Source of the DNA: Parcubacteria group bacterium GW2011_GWA2_47_7
GTDB taxonomy: Bacteria; Patescibacteriota; Minisyncoccia; Phycocordibacterales; UBA6899
NCBI GenBank assembly: GCA_000999395.1
Contig: LCOM01000001.1
Location: 1-48,273, forward strand
Direction of reading: 5' to 3'
Length of the DNA: 48,273 nt
The notes under the pieces are model-generated. The model was not told the origin of the DNA and did not search any database. It saw only the letters and a program-made list of their open reading frames with translations. How positions within the stretch are numbered: position 1 is the stretch's first letter; every line of letters begins with the position of its first letter. Shown piece after piece: positions 17,328-27,041 of this stretch. Position numbers and translations under genes: made by a program.

Positions 17328-18758
17328 TCAGCTGAGTGGCAATGTGACGTGGAAAACTGAACCTGACCCTATTTTGCTCTCAAACCATAATTTTCCGCCA
17401 TGACGCTTGACAATGCTTTGTGTAATAAATAAACCTAGACCAGAACCATCAGATGCAAAACGCGAAGCGTTGGAAGCCCTAAAAAAACGACCAAATATCT
17501 TCTCCTGCTCGTCGGCAGGAATTCCTATACCATCATCTTTGACCCAAAAGTGTATTTCGTCATTTTCTTTTGTGGCGCCAACAGACACCGTACCTCCCGG
17601 ATTGGTATATTTGATTGCATTATCGATTAAATTTTGAAGGACATCACGCAACTTGTCGACATCAACTTTTATCTTTGGCAACAACTCCCTTGGCGACGAG
17701 AACTCGACACGTATGTTTTTCTTCGTTGCGAGAGTCAAAAGGCTTCTAATCATATCTTGGACGATATCCTCAAACTGCACAACGACGAAATCATATTTTA
17801 ATTTGCCGGATTCGAGCTTGTCCACCGCAAGCATGTCGTTAATGAGCGTTATCATACGCTCATTGGACGTAAAACTTTTTTTTAAAAGCTCCTCTTGTTG
17901 TGGGGTCAATTCGCCAGCGTCTTTGTCAAGAATTATTTTCAGAGACCATTTTATAGCTGAAAGCGGTGTGCGTAGCTGATGTGCGACGACTGATATTATT
18001 TCAGACTTCATCTTGTCTAGCTGAATAAGCTTGTCGTTTGCGCTCGTAAGTTCGAGGTCGCGACGAACCAACAACTTTGCGCTTTGATCAAATGCTTTGG
18101 TTAATTCTTCGAGTCGCACTACGTGTACTTCTTCGCTGGCAATTTGCTCATGCAAAAGAACGTCACGAGCTCTCATGAGTCGTGATATATATCCTCCAAA
18201 AAATCCCGTAAGTAAATACAGAATAAAAATAACCCCAGACTGAAGTAATGTGTTTGAAAAACGAGGAGAAATGATAAACGGATTAGCTCCCGATATCAGA
18301 TCAGTAAATATACCTAAATGAATAAATGCTGACACCAATACAGCCACACCCGACACAATTGCAACAATAATGGCACCTCGAAAACCAAATACAATCATCG
18401 AAACGACTATAGGTATAAAGAAAAACGAATGACCAACACTGCTCACCCCACCGCCAGTGAACATCATCACGGTGAAGAAAAAAAGTAGATCAAGTGCGAT
18501 CTGTAATATGTTTATCGTACCGACACTCTTGTCCGAGGGAAATTCTTTCTCTGTTTTTCTGATATATATAGAGAAAAAAATATTGCAAAGTAATACAAAA
18601 AAAAGTGAACCACCAAGGATGACCAACGACCTCATTTGATCCCCATCCTCTCGCGCAATGATGCCAAGAAAAAAAGCTAGGGGTGCATAGTACCAACGAG
18701 CATCAATAATCCAGCTCGTCGATTTCAATCGAGTCCCTCCGTGTAGTTCATTTTGCAT
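17328..18758 (-). CDS. membrane sensor histidine kinase
   Basis: Six or so TM segments, H-box 'VVAHQLRTPLSAI', 'NLIDNAIKYT', 'DDGIGIP', 'GSGLGLFITQSIV'. Confidence 0.9.
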   Translation of the reverse strand: MQNELHGGTRLKSTSWIIDARWYYAPLAFFLGIIAREDGDQMRSLVILGGSLFFVLLCNIFFSIYIRKTEKEFPSDKSVGTINILQIALDLLFFFTVMMFTGGGVSSVGHSFFFIPIVVSMIVFGFRGAIIVAIVSGVAVLVSAFIHLGIFTDLISGANPFIISPRFSNTLLQSGVIFILYLLTGFFGGYISRLMRARDVLLHEQIASEEVHVVRLEELTKAFDQSAKLLVRRDLELTSANDKLIQLDKMKSEIISVVAHQLRTPLSAIKWSLKIILDKDAGELTPQQEELLKKSFTSNERMITLINDMLAVDKLESGKLKYDFVVVQFEDIVQDMIRSLLTLATKKNIRVEFSSPRELLPKIKVDVDKLRDVLQNLIDNAIKYTNPGGTVSVGATKENDEIHFWVKDDGIGIPADEQEKIFGRFFRASNASRFASDGSGLGLFITQSIVKRHGGKLWFESKIGSGSVFHVTLPLS

Positions 18759-18789
18759 AAGACTTACTTCATTTTACGCGAAAAATACA

Positions 18790-19968
18790 CTATTCCGCAA
18801 TAGCCCATAACAATAAAGAACCATTATGTATCTGTACACGCTCTCCAGACTGACCTCCGACTTGAGCATATGAATAGTACCCGGCGATGGGAACATCGCG
18901 TCCGATGATACGCTGTATGATTTCTATTTCCTCATCAGCGCGTAATCCGAACATTTTTTTCCTTGCCGCAGAATTAACAACAATAATTGCTTTGGGTGTT
19001 CTTCCTTGAAGCTTTTTCAATACTTCCCTTGCTGCACGCTCTGCAGTCTCTAACCCTCTATCGATATCAGAGATCATGAGGCGAATCTCAGATTTTTCAG
19101 GAATACCAGAGGCAAATGTCATGGCTCCTTTTTGATCAACAAAAATAGGATTTCGCAAAACAACATCATTATTATCATCAGTAAATACTCCGAGAGGATA
19201 AGCCACTGCAAGCGCCGGAAGTAATCCATCATGCAGTTCGTGCACATGGTCTTCTCCAAAATATTCTTCGTATATTGAAGACGCTGGCTTTCCGTCTAAT
19301 TCAAATAGTGTGGTGCCCTCTGATCGCGTCGCAACGCGCGATATTCCTATTGGCAAAAAACCATGCATTGCGACAGACGCTGTGTGATAATCCCCAGAGA
19401 GACCCATGCCGACGATAGAACCGCGATACACTTTATTCTGTAAATACTGATATGTTTCGAAAAATAACATCTCATCACCAGATGCACCTCCAGTGACGGG
19501 AAAAGTATCTCCTAATTTATTCGTCATGCCACGAATCGTCTCATCGCCAGAGCCAGAAAGTACGTCAAGAAACGTGAGGCAAGAAGAAATATATCCGTTT
19601 GAATTATACGTAAGCGTATTTGCGCACTCTTCACCTGCGAGACGCGCGTTCCAAAGAATGTGATTTCCGATCGCTCCCCAAAAACGTGCCTGATCGGAGC
19701 AAATAGCCATGACCACGACGGTGTTGTATGTAGAAAATCCCTCACTGGAAATCTCGCCTGCAGTGGAACATCCAATGAGTATGGCATTCGGTGCGACGCT
19801 TGTGACGCCGGCCACCAATGCATCTTGGTCAAAGGTCGTCGACCCAAACACAATGAGCGCATCAGCATCTTTTCCTTTCGGCAACCCAGAAATAGCCTGA
19901 GTACACGCCTCAGCACCAGCAGTATGTGAATCCTTTCCTTTTCCGACACCAATACTTGCGGCAATCAT
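18790..19968 (-). CDS. FIST-domain signalling protein (FIST_N + FIST_C)
   Basis: 392 aa. Layout and motifs ('ALIVFGSTTFDQ', 'LIGCSTAGEIS', 'GFYSYAQ'-like 'AGYYSYAQVG') are typical of FIST proteins. Confidence 0.75.
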   Translation of the reverse strand: MIAASIGVGKGKDSHTAGAEACTQAISGLPKGKDADALIVFGSTTFDQDALVAGVTSVAPNAILIGCSTAGEISSEGFSTYNTVVVMAICSDQARFWGAIGNHILWNARLAGEECANTLTYNSNGYISSCLTFLDVLSGSGDETIRGMTNKLGDTFPVTGGASGDEMLFFETYQYLQNKVYRGSIVGMGLSGDYHTASVAMHGFLPIGISRVATRSEGTTLFELDGKPASSIYEEYFGEDHVHELHDGLLPALAVAYPLGVFTDDNNDVVLRNPIFVDQKGAMTFASGIPEKSEIRLMISDIDRGLETAERAAREVLKKLQGRTPKAIIVVNSAARKKMFGLRADEEIEIIQRIIGRDVPIAGYYSYAQVGGQSGERVQIHNGSLLLWAIAE

Positions 19969-20038
19969 GATGCAAGTATAGCACTATTTTGCATCCTTCT
20001 AAATACATAAATTTAACCTCTAATGCTGCTGAGATTCC

Positions 20039-22090
20039 TTATGCTTTCTTCTTGCGCGACCCGCTCGTTGTTCGGGTATTTGCCGGTTCTCCTCTCAGCA
20101 TTTTAATTTCATCTCTCAATAATGCGGCTGTTTCAAAATCGAGCTCCTTCACCGCAGCGAGCATTTGCTTTTCCTTCTGCTTAATAAGTTTCGCTGGGTC
20201 TTTCGTAAATGCTTTTTGATCAAGCAATAATAGTTCATGTAAGGTTTTTTCATGTACAGTCCTCAATTCCTCCGTAATATCATGAATTTTCTTCTTGATC
20301 GTAACTGGAGTAATTCCGTGCTTGGTATTATAAGCTTCCTGTACCGATCGACGCCTATTGGTCTCGTTCACCGCAGCGGTCAGCGAACCAGTCATAACGT
20401 CTGCATATAAAAGCACTCGTCCTCTGACATTTCTCGCCGCGCGACCGATGGTTTGAATCAACGATGTCTCGGAGCGCAAAAATCCCTCCTTATCGGCATC
20501 TAAAATAGCGACCAAGGATACCTCGGGTAAATCGAGTCCCTCGCGCAGCAAATTCACCCCGACAAGACAGTCAAAAGTGCCCTTACGGAACTCCGTCAGA
20601 ATTTTTATTCTGTCCATGGTTTTTACATCACTGTGTAAATATTCCGACTTCACGCCGTGCTCCTTGAGATAGACGGACAAATCCTCGGCCATTTTCTTTG
20701 TAAGAGTGGTCACTAGTATACGCTCATCTTTTTTTACGACACTCACCGCTTCATCGATAAAATCTGCTATTTGTCCGCGGAACGTTCCTTTTTCCACTAT
20801 GGGACGAATCACAATTTCTGGATCGACGAGTCCGGTGGGACGGATAACCTGCTCGACAACCTGCTCGCCATGCTCACGCTCGTACGCGCCCGGCGTTGCA
20901 GAAGTAAAGATGACTTGCCCCACACGCGCTTCCCACTCAGAAAATGTCAACGGCCTATTGTCGGCTGCAGACGGAAGGCGAAAGCCATGCTCAATCAGCG
21001 TTTTCTTACGCGATTGATCGCCAGCAAACATCCCTCGAATTTGCGGGATTGTTACATGGGACTCATCAATAATAGTGAGGAAGTCGGCTGATCCATCTTC
21101 CTTGTGTGGAAAATAGGAAAGCAAAGTTTCCGGCGGCTCACCTGGTGCTTTTCCTGAAAAATGACGAGAATAATTCTCAATGCCACTGCAATAACCAACT
21201 TCTTCAATCATCGCCATGTCATATTTTGTTCGACGCTTCAGACGCTCAGCCTCAAGGATCTTCCCTTCCTTCTCAAGCACTTTCAGACGGTTTACCAGTT
21301 CGACTTTCATATCGAGTAGCGCACGCTTTCGTTCTTCATCATTCGTCACGAAATGTTTTGCGGGAAAAAAGAAAACAGATTTTTCCTCGGATACTATTGC
21401 TCGTGTAATGGGATCGATTTTTACTATTCCAACGATTTCACTCCCACTAAATGAAAGCTGGTAGATCATAATCTCACCAGTAGGCATAATCTCTAGAGTA
21501 TTCCCTATCCCGCGAAATGTTCCAGGACGAAGATCGGCATTCGTTCTATCGAAGTAGACATTCACAAGTTTACGTATGACGTCATTGCGTGAAATTTTTT
21601 CTCCAACCTCAAGCTTCAGATTCACGCGCAGATACTCGTCCGGCGAGCCGAGGCCGTATATACATGAAACAGAAGCGACGATGATAACGTCTTTTCGGGA
21701 AAGTAATGCTTGAGTGGATGCATGGCGCAATCGATCAATCTCTTCATTGATCTGAGCATCTTTCTCAATGTAAGTATCTGTCGTCGGAAGATACGCTTCA
21801 GGCTGATAATAATCATAATAAGAGACAAAATAGTGCACGGCATTATCGGGGAAAAATAGACGATATTCTTGAGCAAGTTGAGCTGCAAGTGTTTTGTTAT
21901 GTGCGATAACCAAAGTCGGCTTATCAACCTTCGCAATAATATTTGCAGCGGTAAAGGTTTTTCCGGAGCCCGTGACACCCAAAAGAGTCTGGTAGCACAT
22001 ATCAGCTTCTATGCCTTCGTAGAGCTTCTTTATGGCCAGAGGCTGGTCTCCAGAGGGCTCCCAGTCGGATTTAAGGTGAAAGTTTGTCAT
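20039..22090 (-). CDS. uvrB: excinuclease ABC subunit B
   Basis: 'GVTGSGKTFT', 'DESHVTIPQ', helicase motifs, C-terminal UVR domain 'ELDFETAALLRDEI'. Start set at ATG 22090 (MTNFHLKSDWEPSGDQP). Confidence 0.95.
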   Translation of the reverse strand: MTNFHLKSDWEPSGDQPLAIKKLYEGIEADMCYQTLLGVTGSGKTFTAANIIAKVDKPTLVIAHNKTLAAQLAQEYRLFFPDNAVHYFVSYYDYYQPEAYLPTTDTYIEKDAQINEEIDRLRHASTQALLSRKDVIIVASVSCIYGLGSPDEYLRVNLKLEVGEKISRNDVIRKLVNVYFDRTNADLRPGTFRGIGNTLEIMPTGEIMIYQLSFSGSEIVGIVKIDPITRAIVSEEKSVFFFPAKHFVTNDEERKRALLDMKVELVNRLKVLEKEGKILEAERLKRRTKYDMAMIEEVGYCSGIENYSRHFSGKAPGEPPETLLSYFPHKEDGSADFLTIIDESHVTIPQIRGMFAGDQSRKKTLIEHGFRLPSAADNRPLTFSEWEARVGQVIFTSATPGAYEREHGEQVVEQVIRPTGLVDPEIVIRPIVEKGTFRGQIADFIDEAVSVVKKDERILVTTLTKKMAEDLSVYLKEHGVKSEYLHSDVKTMDRIKILTEFRKGTFDCLVGVNLLREGLDLPEVSLVAILDADKEGFLRSETSLIQTIGRAARNVRGRVLLYADVMTGSLTAAVNETNRRRSVQEAYNTKHGITPVTIKKKIHDITEELRTVHEKTLHELLLLDQKAFTKDPAKLIKQKEKQMLAAVKELDFETAALLRDEIKMLRGEPANTRTTSGSRKKKA

Positions 22091-22194
22091 ATGATTGAAC
22101 GGAATAAACGTAGGATGAGTCTCGCCCGTGCACCGGCCTTGCGGTGTTTCGGGTCTCCAGAGGGCTTCCAATCGGATTTAAGATTGAAATTCAT
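22087..22194 (-). CDS. 35-codon upstream ORF beginning with a diverged copy of the uvrB N-terminus (MNFNLKSDWKPSGD...), stop overlapping the uvrB ATG (ATGA)
   Basis: Codon-by-codon check. 22152-22194 is about 86% identical to 22045-22090 with mostly synonymous differences. The frame ends ATA-TGA at 22087-22089. Confidence 0.35.
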   Translation of the reverse strand: MNFNLKSDWKPSGDPKHRKAGARARLILRLFRSII

Positions 22195-22201
22195 TCTTGA
22201 C

Positions 22202-22230
22202 AAGATAGCATAATGTTGTCATTTTAGCAA
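22202..22230 (-). promoter_or_regulatory. candidate sigma70-type promoter giving a leaderless transcript at the uORF ATG
   Basis: Minus strand TTGCTA - 17 nt (ending TGC, extended -10) - TATCTT - 7 nt - ATG(22194). Confidence 0.3.
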
Positions 22231-22303
22231 CGCGTACATACATTACCATTCACCAGATAATAGATTTCGGCATACTGAACACAGGAAATGTAGAGAGAGA
22301 TTT

Positions 22304-23503
22304 TTATACGGTGCCGTAGAAATCTTTTAATGTTTGCTTTTTTAATGACGCATATGTGCCGTCGAACAGTGATAGGCGGATGCGTTCGACGAGGTGGAGC
22401 GCAAAGTACAAGTTGTGAATCGACCCGAGTGCGGCGCCAAGCATCTCGCCTTCACGAAATAAATGCGCGAGGTATGCACGGGTGTGATGTTTACACGTGT
22501 AGCATCCGCAGTTGTTATCAATGGGAGTGTGATCATTCACGTACTGTGCATTTTTAATTATCATTCGTCCGTTCGTCGTATAGAACGAGCCATTTCTTCC
22601 CAATCGTGTCGGGGAAACGCAGTCAAAGGTATCCACTCCAGCTTCAACTCCATAAAAGAAATCTATCGGCTCACCAATTCCAAGGAGATGTCTTGGTTTA
22701 TCCTCAGGAAGTATTTTATTCACCCAAGCAACCGCAGTACCGATGTCATCCTTACTAAACGAGCCACCGATGCCAAATCCGTCAAAATCCATTGCGCCGA
22801 TGGTCTGCGCCGCTTCTTCGCGCAAGTCCTGAAACTTCCCTCCCTGAATGACCCCATAGAGAGCCTGATCTCCACCAAGTTTTTTGTGCTCAGCGAGTGA
22901 GCGCTTGGCCCATGCATGCGTGCGATCAAGAGAGCGTTTTTGTTTATCATGCGGATCGCGTGGCGACGTGCATTCATCGAAAGCGACAATTATGTCTGCC
23001 CCAATGTTGTGTTGAATCTGGATGGAACGCTCTGGGGTAAAACGATGCAAGCTCCCATCTCGATGTGATTTAAAAGTCACCCCATCGTCATCAACGGTGG
23101 CCAACTGCCCATGATCAGAATTGGTGTCCTCGGCATTTTCTTCCTCACTTGCCACCTTGCCTACCCCTTTTCCAAATGCGGCCCCCAATGAGAACACTTG
23201 GAATCCACCGGAATCTGTGAAAGTAGGCCCATCCCAATTCATGAACTTACCCAATCCTCCGGCTTTTTTCACCAACTCATCTCCCGGCGCGAGATACAGA
23301 TGATAAGTATTCGCAAGAACGACCTGCGTACCAAGACTTTTCACTTGCTCCATCGTAAGGGACTTCACGGTCGCCTTGGTCCCTACAACGATAAACGCCG
23401 GTGTTTTGATATCCCCGTGCGGTGTGTGAATCACACCAGTGCGCGCCAATGAATCCCCTCCGACCCTTTTCTCTATTGTGAACCCAAATGTATTTTTTGA
23501 CAT
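22304..23503 (-). CDS. tgt: tRNA-guanine transglycosylase (queuine tRNA-ribosyltransferase)
   Basis: 'TPHGDIKTPAFIVVGT', 'FTDSGGFQVFSL', zinc motif 'CGCYTCKHHTRAYLAHL'. Start set at ATG 23503. Confidence 0.93.
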   Translation of the reverse strand: MSKNTFGFTIEKRVGGDSLARTGVIHTPHGDIKTPAFIVVGTKATVKSLTMEQVKSLGTQVVLANTYHLYLAPGDELVKKAGGLGKFMNWDGPTFTDSGGFQVFSLGAAFGKGVGKVASEEENAEDTNSDHGQLATVDDDGVTFKSHRDGSLHRFTPERSIQIQHNIGADIIVAFDECTSPRDPHDKQKRSLDRTHAWAKRSLAEHKKLGGDQALYGVIQGGKFQDLREEAAQTIGAMDFDGFGIGGSFSKDDIGTAVAWVNKILPEDKPRHLLGIGEPIDFFYGVEAGVDTFDCVSPTRLGRNGSFYTTNGRMIIKNAQYVNDHTPIDNNCGCYTCKHHTRAYLAHLFREGEMLGAALGSIHNLYFALHLVERIRLSLFDGTYASLKKQTLKDFYGTV

Positions 23504-23532
23504 AGTAGAAATGACTATAGCACGTACGAGAA

Positions 23533-23561
23533 TTATTGTGGATAATGCATTTGTGCTATAT
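23533..23561 (+). promoter_or_regulatory. candidate thyA promoter with extended -10
   Basis: TTATTG - 17 nt - TGC-TATATT (23553-23561), 40 nt upstream of the ATG, with an AGGAG SD in between. Confidence 0.35.
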
Positions 23562-23601
23562 TCACTTGGAGAATGCTCATTTATCATTAGGAGAAATATC
23601 G

Positions 23602-24396
23602 ATGAAACAATACCTTCATTACCTGCAGACAATTAAAGACAAAGGCACACACAAAGAGGATCGGACCGGTACGGGGACAAAAAGTATTTTTGGTCACCAA
23701 ATGCGGTTTAACCTCTCTGAGGGATTTCCTCTCGTCACCACCAAGAAGGTATTTACGAAGGCTATTATTCATGAACTCCTCTGGTTCATCTCGGGCGACA
23801 CCAACATCAAATATCTGAAAGATAATGGGGTGACCATCTGGGATGAATGGGCAGATGCAAGCGGCGACTTGGGTCCCGTATATGGACACCAGTGGCGCTC
23901 ATGGGGTACACCGGACGGGAAAACTATCGACCAACTCTCGGAAATTATCGAGACGCTCAAGAATAATCCCGACTCGCGACGGATTATTGTCTCGGCGTGG
24001 AATGTTGCTGACTTATCCAAAATGGCGCTCATGCCTTGCCACTGCCTATTTCAATTCTATGTCGCGAATGGCAAACTCTCTTGCCAGCTTTATCAGCGCA
24101 GCTGTGATTCATTTCTGGGTGTTCCTTTCAATATCGCTTCGTATGCCCTACTTACGCACATGGTCGCCCATGTGACTGGACTTGAACTCGGTGAATTCAT
24201 ATGGGTAGGTGGTGACTGCCATATCTACAATAACCACGTCGACCAAGTTAATGAGCAACTTTTGCGTGCGCCTCGCGCACTCCCAAAGCTCGTAATTAAA
24301 CGCAAGGTAAACGCGATTGATGACTTCAAATATGAAGATTTTGAATTCGAGGGATACGACCCACATCCCGCAATCAAGGCTCCTATTGCCGTATAA
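23602..24396 (+). CDS. thyA: thymidylate synthase (ThyA type)
   Basis: 'DRTGTGT', '[11 protein letters not shown]', '[14 protein letters not shown]', '[20 protein letters not shown]'. Confidence 0.96.
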   Translation: MKQYLHYLQTIKDKGTHKEDRTGTGTKSIFGHQMRFNLSEGFPLVTTKKVFTKAIIHELLWFISGDTNIKYLKDNGVTIWDEWADASGDLGPVYGHQWRSWGTPDGKTIDQLSEIIETLKNNPDSRRIIVSAWNVADLSKMALMPCHCLFQFYVANGKLSCQLYQRSCDSFLGVPFNIASYALLTHMVAHVTGLELGEFIWVGGDCHIYNNHVDQVNEQLLRAPRALPKLVIKRKVNAIDDFKYEDFEFEGYDPHPAIKAPIAV

Positions 24397-24400
24397 ATAC

Positions 24401-24429
24401 ATGCCCTACACTTTGTAGGGCATTTTTGT
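24401..24429 (+). terminator. strong stem-loop terminator between thyA and folA
   Basis: ATGCCCTACA-CTT-TGTAGGGCAT (10 bp) followed by TTTTGT. Confidence 0.7.
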
Positions 24430-24441
24430 ATAATAGTATAG
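24427..24441 (+). promoter_or_regulatory. TATAAT box 7 nt upstream of the folA ATG (possible leaderless folA mRNA)
   Basis: TATAAT at 24429-24434. No SD lies between it and ATG 24442. Confidence 0.3.
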
Positions 24442-24942
24442 ATGAATATCTCCATCATTGTTGCACATGACAAAAAACATGGCATTGGCAAGAATAACAC
24501 CATGCCGTGGGCGGGGAAATTGCCGCGCGACATGGCTCATTTTAAGGAGGTGACCTCTGGTAAATCAGTTATTATGGGTCGAAAAACTTATGAGTCCATC
24601 GGTCGCCCACTGCCTGATCGAATGAATATCGTACTCACGAGAGACAGAACATGGAGAGTCCCTGGCGTCTGGCGTGCCCATTCACTCTCCGAAGCATTCG
24701 CCCTAGCAAACAAAGAAAGCGATGACGTGTTCGTCATTGGCGGTGCTGAACTTTTTCGCGAGGCACTACCTTCTGCGACCAGATTATATATTACGGAGAT
24801 TGACGCAGTATTCCCCTGTGATGCATTTTTTCCAACATATGATTCCGCAGAATGGAGGGAAGATTCGACCCTTATTTATAAATCCGACGAAAAAAATGCA
24901 TTCGGACTCAAATTTATCGAGCTCGAGAAAAAAACCGCCTAA
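24442..24942 (+). CDS. folA: dihydrofolate reductase
   Basis: 'ISIIVAHDKKHGIGKNNTMPW', 'VIMGRKTYESIGRPLPDR', 'VFVIGGAELF'. Confidence 0.93.
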   Translation: MNISIIVAHDKKHGIGKNNTMPWAGKLPRDMAHFKEVTSGKSVIMGRKTYESIGRPLPDRMNIVLTRDRTWRVPGVWRAHSLSEAFALANKESDDVFVIGGAELFREALPSATRLYITEIDAVFPCDAFFPTYDSAEWREDSTLIYKSDEKNAFGLKFIELEKKTA

Positions 24943-24953
24943 GCGGTTTTTTG
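24928..24953. terminator. bidirectional terminator (folA / glucokinase)
   Basis: AAAAAAA-CCGC-CTAA-GCGG-TTTTTT. The loop contains the folA stop. Confidence 0.6.
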
Positions 24954-24958
24954 AAAAA

Positions 24959-25807
24959 CTATTTTCCGAGATTTTGTTTTATAAAATGGAGTGCACCGTG
25001 AAGCCCCCCAACGTCCGCGAGCGCTGAGTGTGTAATGACCGGAAGCTCAGGAAAAATATGAAGGATCCCTTTCAAGTGCGCGCGAACACGGTCAACGGGA
25101 ATACCAATTTTATTCATCATCGAGCCTCCAATAACAACGACATCAGGTGACCAGTGTACGATGGTGTTGTTCAATCCGAAAGCGAGAATTCTAGCCATTT
25201 CCTCCCAAAAAGCCTCATCCGTAATTTCATAAGGCTTTTTCTCATACCGCGCAGAAATCGCTGTGCCGGATACTGTCGACTCAAAATCGAGTCCAGCTCC
25301 GCAAACTGTCGAACGATAGAGCGTGTTGTCGGCATCAATAATCTGATGTCCCGGCTCAAAACCCATAGCAGAAACATCAATTTTTTTATCAACAATTCTC
25401 ACGCCTCCGACACCAGTCGACACGGTCATATAAGCAACAATCTGATGTCCCATGCCGCTACCCGCAACCGCCTCACCAAGACCAACAATGGCAGTATCAT
25501 TTTCCACAAACGTCGGAGCACCAAATGCCAATTCCAGAGCTGACTTTATGGGTTTACCGTTCCATCCATGAAGATTTGGCCCAATCAAAAACGTCGTCTT
25601 GTCGCGAGAAAGCGTACCAGCAATACCCCCTCCGGCCGCGATAAGCTTTTCGCCCCCAAGTAATTCATGTGCAATTTCTTTTAACATCTGCATTCCTGCA
25701 TCAAAATCTTTCGGTGTGTCTACAATTTTTGGGTCACCAAAAGTTTCACCGTTTTTAGAAAGCGCAATGCGCATCTTTGTTCCCCCGATATCAAATAGAA
25801 TATACAT
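24959..25807 (-). CDS. ROK-family glucokinase
   Basis: 'ILFDIGGTKMRIAL', 'ENDTAIVGLGEA', ROK-type glycine-rich motifs. Start set at ATG 25807. Confidence 0.8.
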   Translation of the reverse strand: MYILFDIGGTKMRIALSKNGETFGDPKIVDTPKDFDAGMQMLKEIAHELLGGEKLIAAGGGIAGTLSRDKTTFLIGPNLHGWNGKPIKSALELAFGAPTFVENDTAIVGLGEAVAGSGMGHQIVAYMTVSTGVGGVRIVDKKIDVSAMGFEPGHQIIDADNTLYRSTVCGAGLDFESTVSGTAISARYEKKPYEITDEAFWEEMARILAFGLNNTIVHWSPDVVVIGGSMMNKIGIPVDRVRAHLKGILHIFPELPVITHSALADVGGLHGALHFIKQNLGK

Positions 25808-25826
25808 AGTTTTATAAATTATTAGA

Positions 25827-27041
25827 TTATTTTTTTCCAAGATGTCCAAGGATAACCCTAGTTTCTTCCTTATAATCTTCAACGTTAGGCTGATTATATG
25901 GATCTACATGCAACAGAGTCGCAAGATAAATAACCACGAGCATGCGCCACTCCATGTATGCACCGATTGCGACCGCCGATACCGATGGTAATGTAACGAG
26001 AACGACCGGTAGTTTATTTTTGTGGTACGCTCGAACCACCCCCTGATATATTGCATCGTTTAACTCGACGGGACTTCTCATTGAGAGAGCCGGAGCGACA
26101 TCGTGAAGCACTCCATCCGAAGGAATCCTCTCCGTCGTGGTACGATTTGCCCTAACGATTATCGTCATCTTATCTTTTGGTCCACCAAAATAGAGTTGCG
26201 CCATGGAATGGAGATCTGTAGAACCAATAGAAACAATTGGAGTTATGCCACTCCTAATCTCGCGACCGGAAATATCATTTTTTTTTCCAAGTGATTCTGC
26301 AATAAGCTGGCGTTCCCACTTGCCAAGCGATTCAAGCTCAGGATGAAAATGAAAAATATTCAGTATGTTACAATGACCGACCGTCATCTCACGAAAAATC
26401 GATTCGGCAGCGAATTTTGCGGTCTGGTTACTATTCGACGACTCACGCTCAGCATCAAGTACTCCACGAGCGCCGTCAAGTAACGAGATGACATCAATAC
26501 CCGCAAGTAGGAGCGGGAAAATACCCGCATGAGAAAATACGGAAAATCTGCCGCCCACCATTTGTGGCATTAAAAGAATTCCATACCCCATTTTTGTAGC
26601 CACCTTGTGAAGCGGAGACTCTGCATCAGTCGTAACGACAATGCGCTGGTCTATCCCGTCGATGTGTTTATTTAAAAATGCACGCAATAGCTCGAAATTC
26701 GCAATGGTTTCAGTTGTACCACCAGACTTACTGGAAAGACTGATGAGTATTTCTTCTTTCACACGCACTTCTGCGTGAAGTATTTCCCTTAGTTCATGAA
26801 TGCCAATAAGAATGATGTACTTAAGATTTGAGGTATAGTACCGTTCAGCCATTTGTTTCGCAGCGAGAAGAATGTCGTGGTCTAAAGGAAGTCTTATGAC
26901 ATGATCATGCGTCATATACGCTCCTCCGCGCAGTAGACTAACGCGGACGAGTTCCTCACGGAGTTTATTGAGCGATTCGGAAGGAATCGTCATCAAAGCA
27001 TCCGTTAGGTCCCGGTGTTCTATGGAAAGAATATTATTCAT
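25827..27041 (-). CDS. pgi: glucose-6-phosphate isomerase (short type)
   Basis: 'SKSGGTTETIANFELL', 'VGGRFSVFS', 'PYNQPNVEDYK' PGI signatures. Confidence 0.88.
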   Translation of the reverse strand: MNNILSIEHRDLTDALMTIPSESLNKLREELVRVSLLRGGAYMTHDHVIRLPLDHDILLAAKQMAERYYTSNLKYIILIGIHELREILHAEVRVKEEILISLSSKSGGTTETIANFELLRAFLNKHIDGIDQRIVVTTDAESPLHKVATKMGYGILLMPQMVGGRFSVFSHAGIFPLLLAGIDVISLLDGARGVLDAERESSNSNQTAKFAAESIFREMTVGHCNILNIFHFHPELESLGKWERQLIAESLGKKNDISGREIRSGITPIVSIGSTDLHSMAQLYFGGPKDKMTIIVRANRTTTERIPSDGVLHDVAPALSMRSPVELNDAIYQGVVRAYHKNKLPVVLVTLPSVSAVAIGAYMEWRMLVVIYLATLLHVDPYNQPNVEDYKEETRVILGHLGKK

